Source of the DNA: TPA_inf: Saccharomyces
Lineage: Eukaryota
Direction: 5' to 3'
NCBI GenBank assembly: GCA_000146045.2
Contig: BK006945.2
Span: forward strand, 320,001 to 384,000
DNA: 64,000 bases
Shown here in pieces: positions 21,810-35,000 of this stretch (positions within the stretch are counted from its first letter, which is position 1; each line of letters opens with the position of its first letter). The translations under genes and the position numbers were made by a program. The notes beneath the pieces are model-generated. The model was not told the origin of the DNA and did not search any database. It worked only from the letters and a program-made list of their open reading frames with translations.

Positions 21810-22853
21810 ATGAACAGGAAAGTAGCTATCGTAACGGGTACTAATAGTAATCTTGGTCTGAACATTGTGTTCCGTCTGATTGAAACTGAGGACACCAATG
21901 TCAGATTGACCATTGTGGTGACTTCTAGAACGCTTCCTCGAGTGCAGGAGGTGATTAACCAGATTAAAGATTTTTACAACAAATCAGGCCGTGTAGAGGA
22001 TTTGGAAATAGACTTTGATTATCTGTTGGTGGACTTCACCAACATGGTGAGTGTCTTGAACGCATATTACGACATCAACAAAAAGTACAGGGCGATAAAC
22101 TACCTTTTCGTGAATGCTGCGCAAGGTATCTTTGACGGTATAGATTGGATCGGAGCGGTCAAGGAGGTTTTCACCAATCCATTGGAGGCAGTGACAAATC
22201 CGACATACAAGATACAACTGGTGGGCGTCAAGTCTAAAGATGACATGGGGCTTATTTTCCAGGCCAATGTGTTTGGTCCGTACTACTTTATCAGTAAAAT
22301 TCTGCCTCAATTGACCAGGGGAAAGGCTTATATTGTTTGGATTTCGAGTATTATGTCCGATCCTAAGTATCTTTCGTTGAACGATATTGAACTACTAAAG
22401 ACAAATGCCTCTTATGAGGGCTCCAAGCGTTTAGTTGATTTACTGCATTTGGCCACCTACAAAGACTTGAAAAAGCTGGGCATAAATCAGTATGTAGTTC
22501 AACCGGGCATATTTACAAGCCATTCCTTCTCCGAATATTTGAATTTTTTCACCTATTTCGGCATGCTATGCTTGTTCTATTTGGCCAGGCTGTTGGGGTC
22601 TCCATGGCACAATATTGATGGTTATAAAGCTGCCAATGCCCCAGTATACGTAACTAGATTGGCCAATCCAAACTTTGAGAAACAAGACGTAAAATACGGT
22701 TCTGCTACCTCTAGGGATGGTATGCCATATATCAAGACGCAGGAAATAGACCCTACTGGAATGTCTGATGTCTTCGCTTATATACAGAAGAAGAAACTGG
22801 AATGGGACGAGAAACTGAAAGATCAAATTGTTGAAACTAGAACCCCCATTTAA
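21810..22853 (+). CDS. ERG27: 3-keto sterol reductase, short-chain dehydrogenase/reductase family
   Basis: The 347-aa ORF has an N-terminal Rossmann motif [14 protein letters not shown] and an SDR-type YxxxK region. Confidence 0.85.
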
Positions 22854-22961
22854 TATATCTCTGCGTACATATGTATATATATATATGTGTGTATATACAT
22901 GTATGTCTGTATAGAAAACGCATATCAACTGATATATATACACGTGAAGCAAAAAAGGCAT
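22566..22961 (-). CDS. Dubious ORF (YLR101C-like) overlapping the 3' end of ERG27 and a TA/TG microsatellite-rich terminator region; probably not protein-coding
   Basis: The 131-aa ORF is antisense to the ERG27 C-terminus. Its first codons lie in the low-complexity tatgtatatatatatatgtgtgtatatacatgtatg sequence, and it has no recognisable domain. Confidence 0.12.
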
Positions 22962-22969
22962 TGCCTCTG

Positions 22970-23767
22970 TCAGAGAAACGAACTATCCTCGTTGCTATAG
23001 TGTCTTCTGCACTTATCGCGTAGACTTTCTATTGGCACTCTGTCATGGCATTTAATCTTGTACACATTCTTTAATTCTTCTTGCAAAAGAAGGTACTCTT
23101 CATGCAAATGATGACTTTGGAGTGAATTGACTAATCCTGAGTCGTTCCAGAAACTTTTTAAGGCGTTCGTTTCATGATTTATTATGTCATCCAACCGTCT
23201 CATATTAGGTTTCGAATTTGTTACAAATTCTCGCCTTGATAACCTCTCCAGGTCTTCTTTGTTGCATCCAGGTACACTCTCTAACAACATTGAACCATTG
23301 CCCTCCGGATTCGCACTGTCATATTTATTAGCCTCTTCGCCGCACATGATGTCAATATCGGGTCGATAGCTGTCTATGCCGTCTAGATGGCCCACCTTAT
23401 GAAACACAAGACAATGTGCTGCCCTTTCGGCTTTCAAAAAACTGTCAATTCTACTTTCCCTTAGCGTATTGCGCTCACAAAACGGTGAATAATCGTATTG
23501 CTTTTCTTCCTCGATGTGGCTCAAAGTATTCAGATAGTCGACTTCGTCTACGTCCATATTTATCCCATAGAGATCATCTGCAGTCCTCTCCTCTAGTACT
23601 TCGCCTGTTATGGGCATCGAATCATCATTTATTACCCTTGTCGACCTTTTCCGTAGCGGTGTGGTAAAATTGTTAAAGTTGGCTTTGTTGAACCTTGGTG
23701 TTTTCCAGGGCGGCAATGACGGTAGTTGAAACAACTTGCCTTCGTTCTTATCACCATTTTGGTTCAT
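22970..23767 (-). CDS. APC9: Anaphase-promoting complex subunit (265 aa)
   Basis: The 265-aa ORF matches YLR102C in size and position. Confidence 0.7.
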
Positions 23768-23988
23768 CTTACTTTGTCACAGCTATTTCTTTCCTTCCTG
23801 AATTTGTCCTTCCAAACCTAGTTCCCTGTTCTTAATTTCCTTTTATTTAGGTTTTTTTTTTTGTTTTGTCAAGAGCCGCGCACAAAATATGGTATTATTA
23901 TAGAAAAGTTGGACTTAAAAGCTTGAAAAAGCTTAGATTTTATATTCATATGCTGGTATATATGTACGACTAAATAATATAAATTTGA

Positions 23989-25941
23989 TTATAACAATCC
24001 ACTCAAGGTCAGCTTCTCCAGGAATGGTGAAAGATCTTCACGACGTATTTCAATTATGGAACTTTCAAAATTATCTATTCTCACTTTAGCATCCGTTTCT
24101 GCAGTTATTTGTTGAAACGCCATGCTGAAATTATTCAAAATAGGTTTTTTTGTGTGTATCGTGTCTAGTCCGCGAGGATACCTAGGTGTTAACCCAGCAA
24201 CCAAGTAAGTGTCCGTATTTTCATCTATGCTGGCAAGCACCATGGGCAACAATTGCTTGTCTTCAGATTCCGCACAGCATTCTATGAGCCAATTTCCTAA
24301 TCTTAATAACGTCAATGGGTTTCTGTACAAGTCTAAATCGGGTCCGTCTTGTAAGACGCATAATCTATAAATTCTTAAATGCTTGATTAATTTCTTCTCC
24401 AATATAGCAACCCCGGTATTAAAAATTGCTCTCTGTAAGTCTTGTGCTAGTTGAATGCCACGGTTTAATAGTTCCACCTTTCTGTCATCTAGAGCATCCC
24501 AACTGAGCCAAAAATTCGAAACCCATCTTTTTCTCAAATTCGTCAATTTTTGAGCGCTGTTATCTTCTTCTTCCTCTCCATCTGTATCGTCATTATTGTC
24601 ATTATTTATTTTCACACTATCCTTATCAGTTGAATTACCTACTTCCAAAAGAGCTGTTAGTGCTTCGACAAATTCACTGGCACTTATGGACCCACGATAT
24701 CCAAGAGTTCTAACAAACCCATCTCTAATTATATCTTGCAACCCATAACGATCCAAATTTTTGTCAAATATTATCCCAAGTTCTCTCTTAATAGAATGAT
24801 CCATGTATAACCATGTTTCTTGTGCAGTACTTAATGGTATACCCATTCTAGCAAACATCTTATGCAATCTCTTTTTCCCATTTTCATTCCATAGGGATAG
24901 TTTGGCATTGACATAGTTAGAATAATAAAAACTGTCGTACAATGAAGAATGCCTCAGTAAGAAAAGGTAGTAATCCGGTTGGATGTTTAACGTCAATGTA
25001 TCAGGGGTCTTTACTGAGTTTCTACTGCTTGGTGTGAGACGCTTCACTTCATCTTGCAATAAGGGGTATAATCGATTGTAAACTTGAGCATATGCTATAT
25101 CTAACGAGGTCGTACCAAGTATATTCAACCACAGGTTTGAAAGATTTGTTTCTCCGATAGCAGACAATAATGAATAGATTTGTGCAGATATCGAGTTAAC
25201 CACTGTTGTGCCTTGAGAATAGTATTCCTCCAAAACACCTTCATATTCATGGATTTGCTTCTTTCGTTGCTTTCTTTTTGAGAGATCATTCGGTCCTATT
25301 GAAGAATTACCTCTTTTATTAGATATTGTCTCATCTTCGTCTTCTTCGTCCTCGTCTGTGACTTCATCGGCATCAGTTGCCTCATCGTCACCCCCATTAT
25401 TATCGTTCTCGTCACCTGAGAGCTCATCGTCACCACTCTCCTCGTCCAGTTCAAGCAATTTATAGTATGCTTCTTTTTGTTCGCCTAATGTGTCATCCAC
25501 CGTACCGTCGTCAAAACATTGGATGATTTGTGATCCAAATATATTGTCGAGATTCCACGGTCTATGAGCATCCAACACGTAGATGTCTCTCCTGAAACTT
25601 TGTTCCCCCGACTTTTCATCTGTATCGATAACATACTCTTGGGGATCGATTTCTAAGAAAGCCTCCAGATCAATAACGCCTCCAAACCCTACTAATAGCA
25701 GACTATTTATATTGTCATCCAATTGAGAATAGTGGCGTCGTAATTCAGAGTACCCAAATATCGGTACTATTTGAGATTGTACCAATTGTTTTTTGAATAA
25801 TAGTGACAACATCTTCGTCGCACACAGCGCATCGATGTTAAGACAAGAAACGAAAATGACCAATTGACATGATGAATGAGACGATGAATTCCTTAAGATT
25901 TTGTTGTAGGCTTCGCTAAACTGGCTGATTCCATAATACAT
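23989..25941 (-). CDS. CDC45: DNA replication initiation factor, CMG helicase component (Cdc45/RecJ-like fold, acidic insert)
   Basis: The 650-aa ORF has a long D/E-rich insert (DEESGDDELSGDENDNNGGDDEATDADEVTDEDEEDEDE) characteristic of Cdc45. Size and position match YLR103C. Confidence 0.9.
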   Translation of the reverse strand: MYYGISQFSEAYNKILRNSSSHSSCQLVIFVSCLNIDALCATKMLSLLFKKQLVQSQIVPIFGYSELRRHYSQLDDNINSLLLVGFGGVIDLEAFLEIDPQEYVIDTDEKSGEQSFRRDIYVLDAHRPWNLDNIFGSQIIQCFDDGTVDDTLGEQKEAYYKLLELDEESGDDELSGDENDNNGGDDEATDADEVTDEDEEDEDETISNKRGNSSIGPNDLSKRKQRKKQIHEYEGVLEEYYSQGTTVVNSISAQIYSLLSAIGETNLSNLWLNILGTTSLDIAYAQVYNRLYPLLQDEVKRLTPSSRNSVKTPDTLTLNIQPDYYLFLLRHSSLYDSFYYSNYVNAKLSLWNENGKKRLHKMFARMGIPLSTAQETWLYMDHSIKRELGIIFDKNLDRYGLQDIIRDGFVRTLGYRGSISASEFVEALTALLEVGNSTDKDSVKINNDNNDDTDGEEEEDNSAQKLTNLRKRWVSNFWLSWDALDDRKVELLNRGIQLAQDLQRAIFNTGVAILEKKLIKHLRIYRLCVLQDGPDLDLYRNPLTLLRLGNWLIECCAESEDKQLLPMVLASIDENTDTYLVAGLTPRYPRGLDTIHTKKPILNNFSMAFQQITAETDAKVRIDNFESSIIEIRREDLSPFLEKLTLSGLL

Positions 25942-26085
25942 GTGCGAGAGTATATTCTTGTTATTATGTGCCTTCTCTCTAGTGTTTATTGCTACACTTT
26001 TATTGCTCTATAGTGCGTTGTATAAAGTAGCCACAATGGATTGTTGGCATTACTACAGCTTCATTATTTACTGAAATTTCTTAAA

Positions 26086-26121
26086 ACGCGTTAGATGATA
26101 TGTTGAAAAAAAAATACGCGT
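26086..26121. promoter_or_regulatory. Two MluI cell-cycle boxes (ACGCGT; MBF sites) 145-180 bp upstream of the CDC45 start
   Basis: ACGCGT occurs at 26086-26091 and 26116-26121, separated by 24 bp. CDC45 is a G1/S-expressed replication gene. Confidence 0.5.
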
Positions 26122-26584
26122 CGTGAATGAAACTTATTAGGTTTTACGACTAGTTAAAGCAAGAGAGAGAAGATCGAATTGACTAAATGTCTTCACTTTG
26201 AATTTATTCTAGTAGGATTCGCATGGCTTTTTCATAATAAAAATCTCGTTTATTTATGCTTTTGGTTGGTTTTCCTTTGATAAATGCGGCCCTTGCTTTG
26301 TTTGTGGTTGCAACGAGTTCGTCAAATGATAAATTGACGCTTAACACAGACGCATGGGAACCACGTAATTGAATTAATGTTTTCTTCTCGAAACAATTGC
26401 AATGTGACTTTCTTGTTAGGCAATGTGAGATGAAAGATGGCCTTTACCTTTGCAGATGTTTGGGTGTGGCTCTGAGCTGTCCTTTATAATTATAGAGATA
26501 ATTTTGATGAAAGCTCAGAAGACCTTTAATGACGAAAAATAGGCATGGTTTGCCAGGCAAAAAACGACCAAATTTTACTGTAGT

Positions 26585-26980
26585 ATGAGTCAAAGTCGCT
26601 GGAGTATCGTTCTCATCTTTGCATTGTTTATTTTTGGCAGCACTGGAGTGAATGCCTTCTTCAATTTCGGTCATCATCAGCAACAGCAACAGCAACAGCA
26701 ACAATCATATGAAGATCAAGTTTTAAATAACCCTTGTGATGGGTATTTGTGTCCGGACACCCTAACGTGCGTTGCACAGCAGAAAGACTGTCCTTGTCCC
26801 TTCCCTAAATCTCAGTTGAAATGTGTCCTTCCTGATAATAAATTTGTTTGCATATCCAAACCAGCCACACACAATGAAAAGTTTAGAGCAATATATGATG
26901 ACCCTGTCAAGGGCCCCAAAGCAAAGAACAAGGGGTTTAGGGATTGTGGATGGGTATCAGATGCTTACAAAAACCATTGA
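26585..26980 (+). CDS. LCL2: Small secreted Cys-rich protein with signal peptide and poly-Gln/His tract
   Basis: The 131-aa ORF has an N-terminal signal-like MSQSRWSIVLIFALFIFGSTGVNA, then HHQQQQQQQQQ, then 8 Cys. It matches YLR104W. Confidence 0.75.
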   Translation: MSQSRWSIVLIFALFIFGSTGVNAFFNFGHHQQQQQQQQQSYEDQVLNNPCDGYLCPDTLTCVAQQKDCPCPFPKSQLKCVLPDNKFVCISKPATHNEKFRAIYDDPVKGPKAKNKGFRDCGWVSDAYKNH

Positions 26981-27046
26981 AATCTGTATAAAAAATACAT
27001 ACACATACATATATACATACGAAGGATTTATCTTCTCATTGATATT

Positions 27047-28180
27047 CTAGTCTCTATTTCTTCCGGGAACCCATCTCTTATACAATACTTCACCAACTTG
27101 AAAACTATTGAACAATTTAGTAAAGTTGTTTGATTTCCATAGTGCTATCGCCTCCTGTTCCGAGATTAGTCTCTCCACGTAGCATAACACAAACGTCTTC
27201 TTTGCGCCGCCCACAACACGGGCTATGCTAGAATACCACGTATAATCTTTAGAGACGTCGTGGTCAAGACCCATAACACAAAATTCAGCGTGTTGAAATG
27301 GTGGCCCTCTCTTATATAATAAATAATCGCAGCCGAATTTTATACCAGATCTTACGCACCAACCGTGTGATCTGTAGTGATGGTATATAACGTATGATCT
27401 GACAAAGGAGTGAATATCTTTATATTTGGCATCGAATTGAAACAGTTTCCCTGCCAGGCACGCGGGAGATATGTCAAGAACAGGAAGTGCAAAAGTTAAA
27501 AACATAGCTTCCACTGGCATTAGTTCTAGTGACTCTAGTGGCAAAAGATCACCGTTCTCATCAAGAAGATTGTTGTCTTCATCTCTTAAATTTGATTCGG
27601 AAATGTCTTGCTGTTGTGCAACGATGCCCACGTCTTCTGTTTGTTTTAGTTTAAATTTTCTTAATGATTCTCGTTGTTTCTCAAGGAGGATGTTTTCCTC
27701 ATCGATATGACCACCTTTTTTTCTTAATTCTAGTAATTCTCTTTCTAACTTCGCACGTTCTTTCTTGAACTCTAATCTTTGTAATCTCCTCTGTTGTGTG
27801 ACCTTCTCTAAAGTCATCTCCGTTTCAGTATTACTCTTTGTTCCTCCCCGATTGTGGAGGGGAGTATCATTGAGACCCAGTCTGGCCTCTGTTCTAGCTT
27901 TCCATGTAGGCTCACTCCTGCTAAATTGACCAGTGCCAAAAAATCCATTATTCCAAAGATATAGCATTTGCTTGTCATCTTGAACCGTGATGTGAAGAGT
28001 GGTATCTCCTATAAAATCTACATGTACTTTATCGTTCAGTGCGTTCGTACTCTTGTAATAGCGGTATGCCCAATATAGCCAAGATAACGGATTATGAAGG
28101 ATTAACTCTGGAAGGTCATCTACGGGGTGAATTGGAAGAGGATACTTGTAACGCTTCTGATTGACCCTCCCTTTAGACAT
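27047..28180 (-). CDS. SEN2: tRNA-splicing endonuclease catalytic subunit
   Basis: The 377-aa ORF has a C-terminal endonuclease core with conserved Y...H...K residues (YVIYHHYRSHGWCVRSGIKFGCDYLLY). Size and position match YLR105C. Confidence 0.85.
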   Translation of the reverse strand: MSKGRVNQKRYKYPLPIHPVDDLPELILHNPLSWLYWAYRYYKSTNALNDKVHVDFIGDTTLHITVQDDKQMLYLWNNGFFGTGQFSRSEPTWKARTEARLGLNDTPLHNRGGTKSNTETEMTLEKVTQQRRLQRLEFKKERAKLERELLELRKKGGHIDEENILLEKQRESLRKFKLKQTEDVGIVAQQQDISESNLRDEDNNLLDENGDLLPLESLELMPVEAMFLTFALPVLDISPACLAGKLFQFDAKYKDIHSFVRSYVIYHHYRSHGWCVRSGIKFGCDYLLYKRGPPFQHAEFCVMGLDHDVSKDYTWYSSIARVVGGAKKTFVLCYVERLISEQEAIALWKSNNFTKLFNSFQVGEVLYKRWVPGRNRD

Positions 28181-29005
28181 GCTCCTTCTTGAGTCCTTCG
28201 TACTTATTGTCTTTTCAGCGTCGTGTTACAATGAAACGTTTTAGCATATTGAATTTCGATGGAAGTTCAAATGTTTTATGCACCGAAATGAAATACTAGA
28301 GCAAAGAGATGTTAGTGAAAGCACCAGCTAATATAGCTCTTTCAAATTTACGTGAAAAAGTTATGTGTGGCAATATAAATCTATAGCAAGAGTGGCTTCT
28401 ATAAAACATTTTTGACAAGAAATAAAATTCAGATACCGTTGTAGTCTTGAGAAATCATTGTGCTCACATCGATTAACTTCGAGCAACATAAATCATGCTA
28501 TCATCATTAAAATAAAGTGGAAGTATTAAGAACAGATATAATAGCACGAGAAAAAACTCGTTCAACTAAGTCTAGACACACCTCCTGGTGTTATTTAGTC
28601 CGTTCTCTTAACAACCAAAGCCTACGAGCTCTCAAACAGCTCTTTTGTTTTAACTTCCTATAGAACTGAATGGGAAACTTGCATCTTGAAGAAAATTTTT
28701 CTCTTTAAATATCTGACTGAAGTATTGATCCCTTCAAAAAAAAAAAAAAAGAGAGTTGGTTACCCATATGGGAATAATATTTCTTAGGGCTAATTGACAA
28801 AGGATTGCTAACAGAAAATGCAAAGGACTAATAACTTGAATCATTTTTATATCAGGTTTATATAGGTATACGTTCAGTCTAATTAATAATTTATAGTTTA
28901 CAGTAGTTTTTTACAGTAGTTTTTTTTTTTTTTTTTCAGTTCCATGATTTTTTTGTTCCTTTGATTCGTGTAGTAAACCTCCTCTTCTTGGTTTTCACGA
29001 TATAC

Positions 29006-32000
29006 TTAGCTGGATGCCAGGTCTGTAAAGTATTGACGCAAAATCAGTGAAAGCATTTCGGGTAGTTCGCTTATATCGTGTACAACAACATAAAATTCAA
29101 AAGGAAATGTGTCCAAGTATTTGGTAATCTTTAATTGCGGATTGCCATACTGATCTGGAATGTAGTTCACTTGGCTCATGTCTAAGATGGATTCATTAGA
29201 AGTAATACCATCTATGATGACAAAAACCAGCATAATTTTGTTTTCTCTAGCACGGCGGACCAGTTTTTGTATTGTTTCATGGTCTTCGCAAATACCATCA
29301 GAGATTACAATTTCTAGTTGCCATTGGTCATTATGTACCATAGCGCGAGCACGTTCAAAAATTTTAGTAGATTCAGCCACAAGTTTCTTAACGTCTGTTT
29401 TAGTTTCTTGGAAACCAAACCATTGAAAAGCTCTTGCGCCAGATTCGTTACTAAATTGTTGGTCAAATGAGTGAACTTCTTTAATATTTTCACCGAATTT
29501 GACAATAGATAACCCTCCAGCCTCTAGCTGAGTTAACGTCTTGGAGACCAAGCATAAACTATCAAAAGCGAGTTTAACGCATTTAGATTCGCTCATAGAC
29601 TTAGAATCATCAAGCGCAATCATTATTTGATACTGACGTTTGCTTGGTTTAGTTCTTCTCAACCAGATTTTATCTTTACGGAATTGTGAGGCAATATATG
29701 GAATGATCCGTTTCATATTCAGTCTCTTACCTGTTTTGTAATCACCCTTCAGCTTTGTAGCCAAGGTAGGTTCCAAGATTAGTCTTAATTGTTCTCCAAG
29801 ACGTGATACTAAATCGGCGGTCGAAATTTCACTTTTATGCCACAATTCACGGGATTCTTCTAACGATCTTTCCGGTGTCAAACTAGCACTTGCATCAGGT
29901 GGATTATCCTCAATGTTTTCAATTAAAGATTGTATTTCACTGTCATCCTCTTGATCAGCCGAGAAGTGTTCATTTGAAAGTTCGTTCTCAAAATCTTCCT
30001 CACTCTTTCTTTTACCGATGAATCCTGACTTTTTGCTGTCAACGTCATTGTTAGCGTCATGCGCGTCGATATCAGATAGCATCTCTTCTTCATCAATATC
30101 CATTTTTTCATCATCGGCGTCTTCTACTAACTCTTTCTGGTCCACTTCTTGCTCCTCCCTATCATCATCAATGGCCATGTCTTCATCAATGGTTTGTAAT
30201 TGATCCTGTGTTGCAGAACCTAAAGCTTGCGTATCTGTTTCAGTATTTGCACCCTCAACATGTTCAAATTCATCGGGACGTTCATTGTTTTTTTCCAAAT
30301 TTTCGTCCTCTTCGCCATTAGTTTGTGCTTCTTTTATATCTTGACGACGTCTATGATATTCTTTCATGCTATCACCTAGTTGCTTTAAAGCAGCCGTAGC
30401 CTCTTCGCGTGATTCTTCATTATTCTTTGTCACATCTTCTTGATCTTCTTCATAGGTATTCTGAGTCGTTCCTGAACCTCCAACATCGTCCTGTTCTTGT
30501 GTGTCCGTAGCATCAGCACCAGCACCTTTGGATCCAGAATCTTGTTGAACGGCAGCTTCTTGATCGATGTCTTCAGTATCAGCCTTTTCCTCAACGCCAT
30601 CAAGACCTTCTGTATTCTGCTCACCTCCTTTCTCTTTGTTTTCTTCCATAGCAGCATCTTGCTTTAACTCTTCTTCATCAGACATGGCTTGCTCTTCTGG
30701 GCCATTTTCTTCGTCTTCCTTTCCCTCATCATTAGTCATATCCACATCCTCTTCAGCACCTTCTTCTTCGTCAAGAGCTGTTTCTGTCTCGCCGGCATCT
30801 TCCTCAGGACCAGGTTCGTCGTTTTCATTATCACTTTCGATACCGGATTCTTGTTTGACTTCTTCGTCTTCGTTTCCAACCTCTTCCTTGTTTAGGTCAT
30901 CAGGCATTCCATCTGACATATCAACATCTTCGTCTGATTCTTCATGCTCTGAATCTAAATTCATATCTTCAGGAAGGTCTAGGGTTTCGATTTCAGGAAC
31001 ATTAGCCTCCAAATCCTCGCCTTCTTCATCTTTAACTTCGTCCTCCTGTTCACCAACGTCGTTTTCCTCTTCTGCATTTTCATCGTTTTCAATTTCCTCA
31101 TCGCCATCTTCAGGTGCATTTGGGTCCTCATCCCCTCCTTCCTTGTTATCCCGCTGTTGTTCGTCATTTTCAGCAGCTTGTACATCTTCCTCTTGATTTT
31201 TTCCATCTAAATTCTGGTCTGTATCTTTTTCTTTTGAATTATCACTTGCCTTATCATCCCACATTTTATCATCAATAGCGTTGGGGTCATCTTCATTCAG
31301 GTCATCAATTTCTTCATCTAATTCTTCTTCTTCGCTATCAGTATCTTCATCATCATTTTCTTCACCATTAGACAAATCTTCCAATTCACCAGCCATATCG
31401 CCCTCCATCTCAACTGCATCATCTTCATTCTCGTCATCCCTCTCATCTTTATCTTGTTGTTCTTTGTTTTCGTTTTGTGCATCCTCAGTCAAATCTTCGT
31501 CTTGTTCGACGTCTTTATTGTTATTTTGAGCACCTTCACCGTCTCCCAAGCCTGTACCCTCTTGCAAGTTTTTGTCGTCAACTTCTTCAGATGGTGGCTG
31601 CGGAGAACAGAACCCATTTTTGGCTAAGCTATGCAATATCGTCGATAGAATGTACATACCACGACTTGTGTTCGTGTAGTAGATTCTAGATCTTTCAAGA
31701 ACCACGGTCATTGCGTTGTAATAACGTGTGATTACCGGTAGTGTAAAGGATATAACTGATTTAACGTAAATTGATTCAGTAGTGGTAAAATCAAAGTCCT
31801 TCAACAAGGATAATGCTGTCTCTATATTTTTAGAAACAACACTGGATCGTAATAGTTTAACGTTTACCATAACTTTCTTGAAGCTAGCTGATAACCAGTT
31901 ATCATCAGTTTCGGATATAGATTCAATTCCATCTCCAATTACCTTCTGGAAAGATAATATAATAGATGTGAAAGTACGGCGGAAAGCCTGTTCAACATCT

Positions 32001-35000
32001 TCCACCGAAGGGCCTCTCTTCTGTTCCTTTTTAATAGGACCCCCTTTATTTGCTTTGATCCACTCTATAATGATATCAAAAACGAAAGCGTTCCCTGTCT
32101 CCTTTGCATTTTCAAGCTTCTTCAATAATTCATTAATGAATAACTCAAATCTAGAATATGACTCGATAAATGAAGAATCAAAAATTCGACTGGAATTGAA
32201 GTGTACGAAAAACGAAGATAAGGTCGATTTTGCATCTAACAAGATCTTTTGTTGTTCTGAAGTTGCTGAGTATTTCGAAATAACAGACAAGGTCTGTGCG
32301 GCATAGTCTAACAAAGAAGGCAGCCACTTTTCAAACAATCTGACATTATCTACATTCGCTTTTAATGAAGAATGAACAATATCGCCCTTTAAGCAAGTAA
32401 AGTGTTCTAGGTCTAACATCATACCATTAATCTTACAGTAATCATTCGTGAACTCTGATAGAGGGTGACGAACTGTAATCAGGGAAAACATCAAACTCTG
32501 TGCGAGTGCCATACCTCTTTCTATAGCAGCAACAGGGATATCATCACTTGGATTCGATGCAGCGCTTCTCAGCTTGGGTAAAAGGTCAAGGATTTTGAAA
32601 AAGAATGCGTCTGACGAATTTAAATATTCATTATTGAAAGGGGCAATGTTTGCCAAAATAGTTGTTGTAGAAGATTGAACTTTTTGAATGTCTTCCCTAA
32701 AATTGACTTTTAAACCGATTCTTCTCAATTCTTTCAATGCATCACCTAAAAGTTTACTTTTTTGAGTCTTCAAGTATGCCAACCTCTTTTTGTTCTCCTT
32801 TGTATATACATTAGGGGTTTCCTTACGTAACCTTTCAGCTTCAGCATAAAAGTCCGATGCTAAATCTGCGAAGTTAGGGAATTCCTGTGATGATATCTTT
32901 TCCAAGTAGGAGTCCATGTTACTTGCTACCGTGTCAATATTCCTTAATGGCGCAGCTCTCATACTCCAAGTAGAAATTTCTTTCACCAAATTTTTCGAAG
33001 CCTCTAAGTTGGGGTCTTCGTAAAAATGTTGTTTTAAAGTAGGGAGTTTTAGTTTATTTTCGTTGGAATACAAAAGACCGGCCTCAATAATGGTTTTCGC
33101 ATCCCCATTTAGCAAATCACGGTATTTTCTGACAATTTTGTAAAGGTTGTTATGAGACTTACGAGAACTTTGTTTCAGGGCATCAACGTTAACATCTTTC
33201 CAACTGGCTAAAAGAATTATATCGTCAATTTCTTTTTCCAGACTCTTTTTTCCATTCGTAATCCGCTCATCAATTAATGGTTTGAACTGATAATAGAATT
33301 TTATAGTATTATGGAGCAAGCCCGCTATCTTCGAGCTCCTCAATCCAATTAGTTGAATGTGCTTGTAGAATGCTTTTACAAGATCTAGCCTGGCGTTGAA
33401 TTCGCCCAATGTACTCTTACTAAAAAATAAGTTAAGTGAGCTTACCAAAAGTGTAGCGTTAGGGGCCGTTTCCTTCTTTTCACTAACAAAATTTGAAATG
33501 ACAATTGACTCGTACAAATAAAACCACCATTTTCCAATAGATTTTCTGGTTTTTGCGTCTTCCGAGTTGAAAAGACCTTTCCAGGTGCGTAATTCTAGTT
33601 TTCTCCATGAAACTATCAAATCTGTAATCAGTTTAACGGTGTTATTCAGGGATACTTCCGAGGAAGCGTATTTTTCCCATTCAGCTAGGTATGTATATAT
33701 TTGTTCGATCTTTTGAAGCTGTCTTGCTAAGGGTGTTTTAATGGGGTAGTTTAAAAATTCTTGGGAAACTCGATATAATTCTTTGAGGGTGGCATGTTCT
33801 GGCCACTGCTTCAACAATTTCAAGACTGACTTAAGCACAGTTTCAATGATATCACCTGCTTTTTGAAACTCCGGAATAGAGAAATCGTGGTAAAAATCGA
33901 TATTACCAAAAACTTCCGTGTTTTTGAAAGATTGTGTTTCTGCATCAAGTGTATTAATCACAGCAGACAACGATCCGCTTTTCAACTCTTCTATCCTGGT
34001 GTTTTTTAAATCTTCACTCAAAATTGTTGTTATTATCGCACCGCTCTTCAACTCAGAAGAAAAGTTGGCGTCATGATCTTTGTCAAATACCGAGATATAT
34101 GTGTCGGCAAGCTTGAAATAGATGTCATCAAGATTTTCAGGACTCGAAATATCTTTTTCATTAGTTACCAAAGCTGTGTCCTCATAATCTGGAAACAGCT
34201 TTCTAAAGTCTGCCTCGTAATCATCTGAATTATCATTGAATTTGAACATATTTGACTTTTCGTTTTCCTCCTGCTCCTGTCTGAAACGTCTCACAGACCA
34301 TCTTGAATACAGAGTATACAAAGCAGCCTCAAAAATTTCCAGTAAATTTGTATCCCTCTTATGGAACTTAAACAGCGTCAAGAAGTACATCAAAACCTTT
34401 TCAATCGAAGTATCTTCCATATCACCCTTTTTGAAGAACCTTGACAGCTCATGATAAGCGCTTAAAACATTCTCTGCGCATGAAATATTGATAGGGTCCA
34501 TACTCCATAAAGGAGAAATTTGGAATGATGCTCTATCCTTAGATTTTTGAAGCTTCAATAAATCAAAGCCAAAGTTGATACTGTAAATATATCCCGCGAG
34601 GATATCATTTAAATCAGCAAATTTTGAATAACCGCTTTCGAGACGATTCAAAAAATGTGCACTATTTTGTTGGAGCATTTCTAATCTACGATCCGATTGA
34701 TCTGAATTGCACTTGTAGGAACTCACTAGCTCTTTTATTTGACGAGAACTCATAGTTGACGACAAAAATGCCATCCATTCATCAAATAAAGAGTCAATAG
34801 ACATGCCTGTACGATATACCCTAGGGGATTGAGGTGCGTCGTCATCGCTTATGGTATTGATAAGTTTTTCTGTGAAAATCTCCTCATCGCCACTGATTAC
34901 TTTACGAACATTTCTCCAACTTTTCATTAGGTTTTGAGAAAATGTCTTTGTCTTCAAAAATAAATCATATAAAACGTAATCGTGTATTGCCGGATCATAG

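Noticed and set aside
22566-22961. 131-aa ORF overlapping the ERG27 3' end (YLR101C-like)
   Set aside because: It overlaps a conserved gene and begins in a TA/TG microsatellite. It is kept only as a low-confidence dubious feature.
30018-31529. Several plus-strand Ser-rich ORFs (61-209 aa) antisense to MDN1
   Set aside because: They lie entirely within the GAA/GAT-rich acidic linker of MDN1. Their poly-Ser composition is the mirror image of poly-Asp/Glu codons and has no independent signal.
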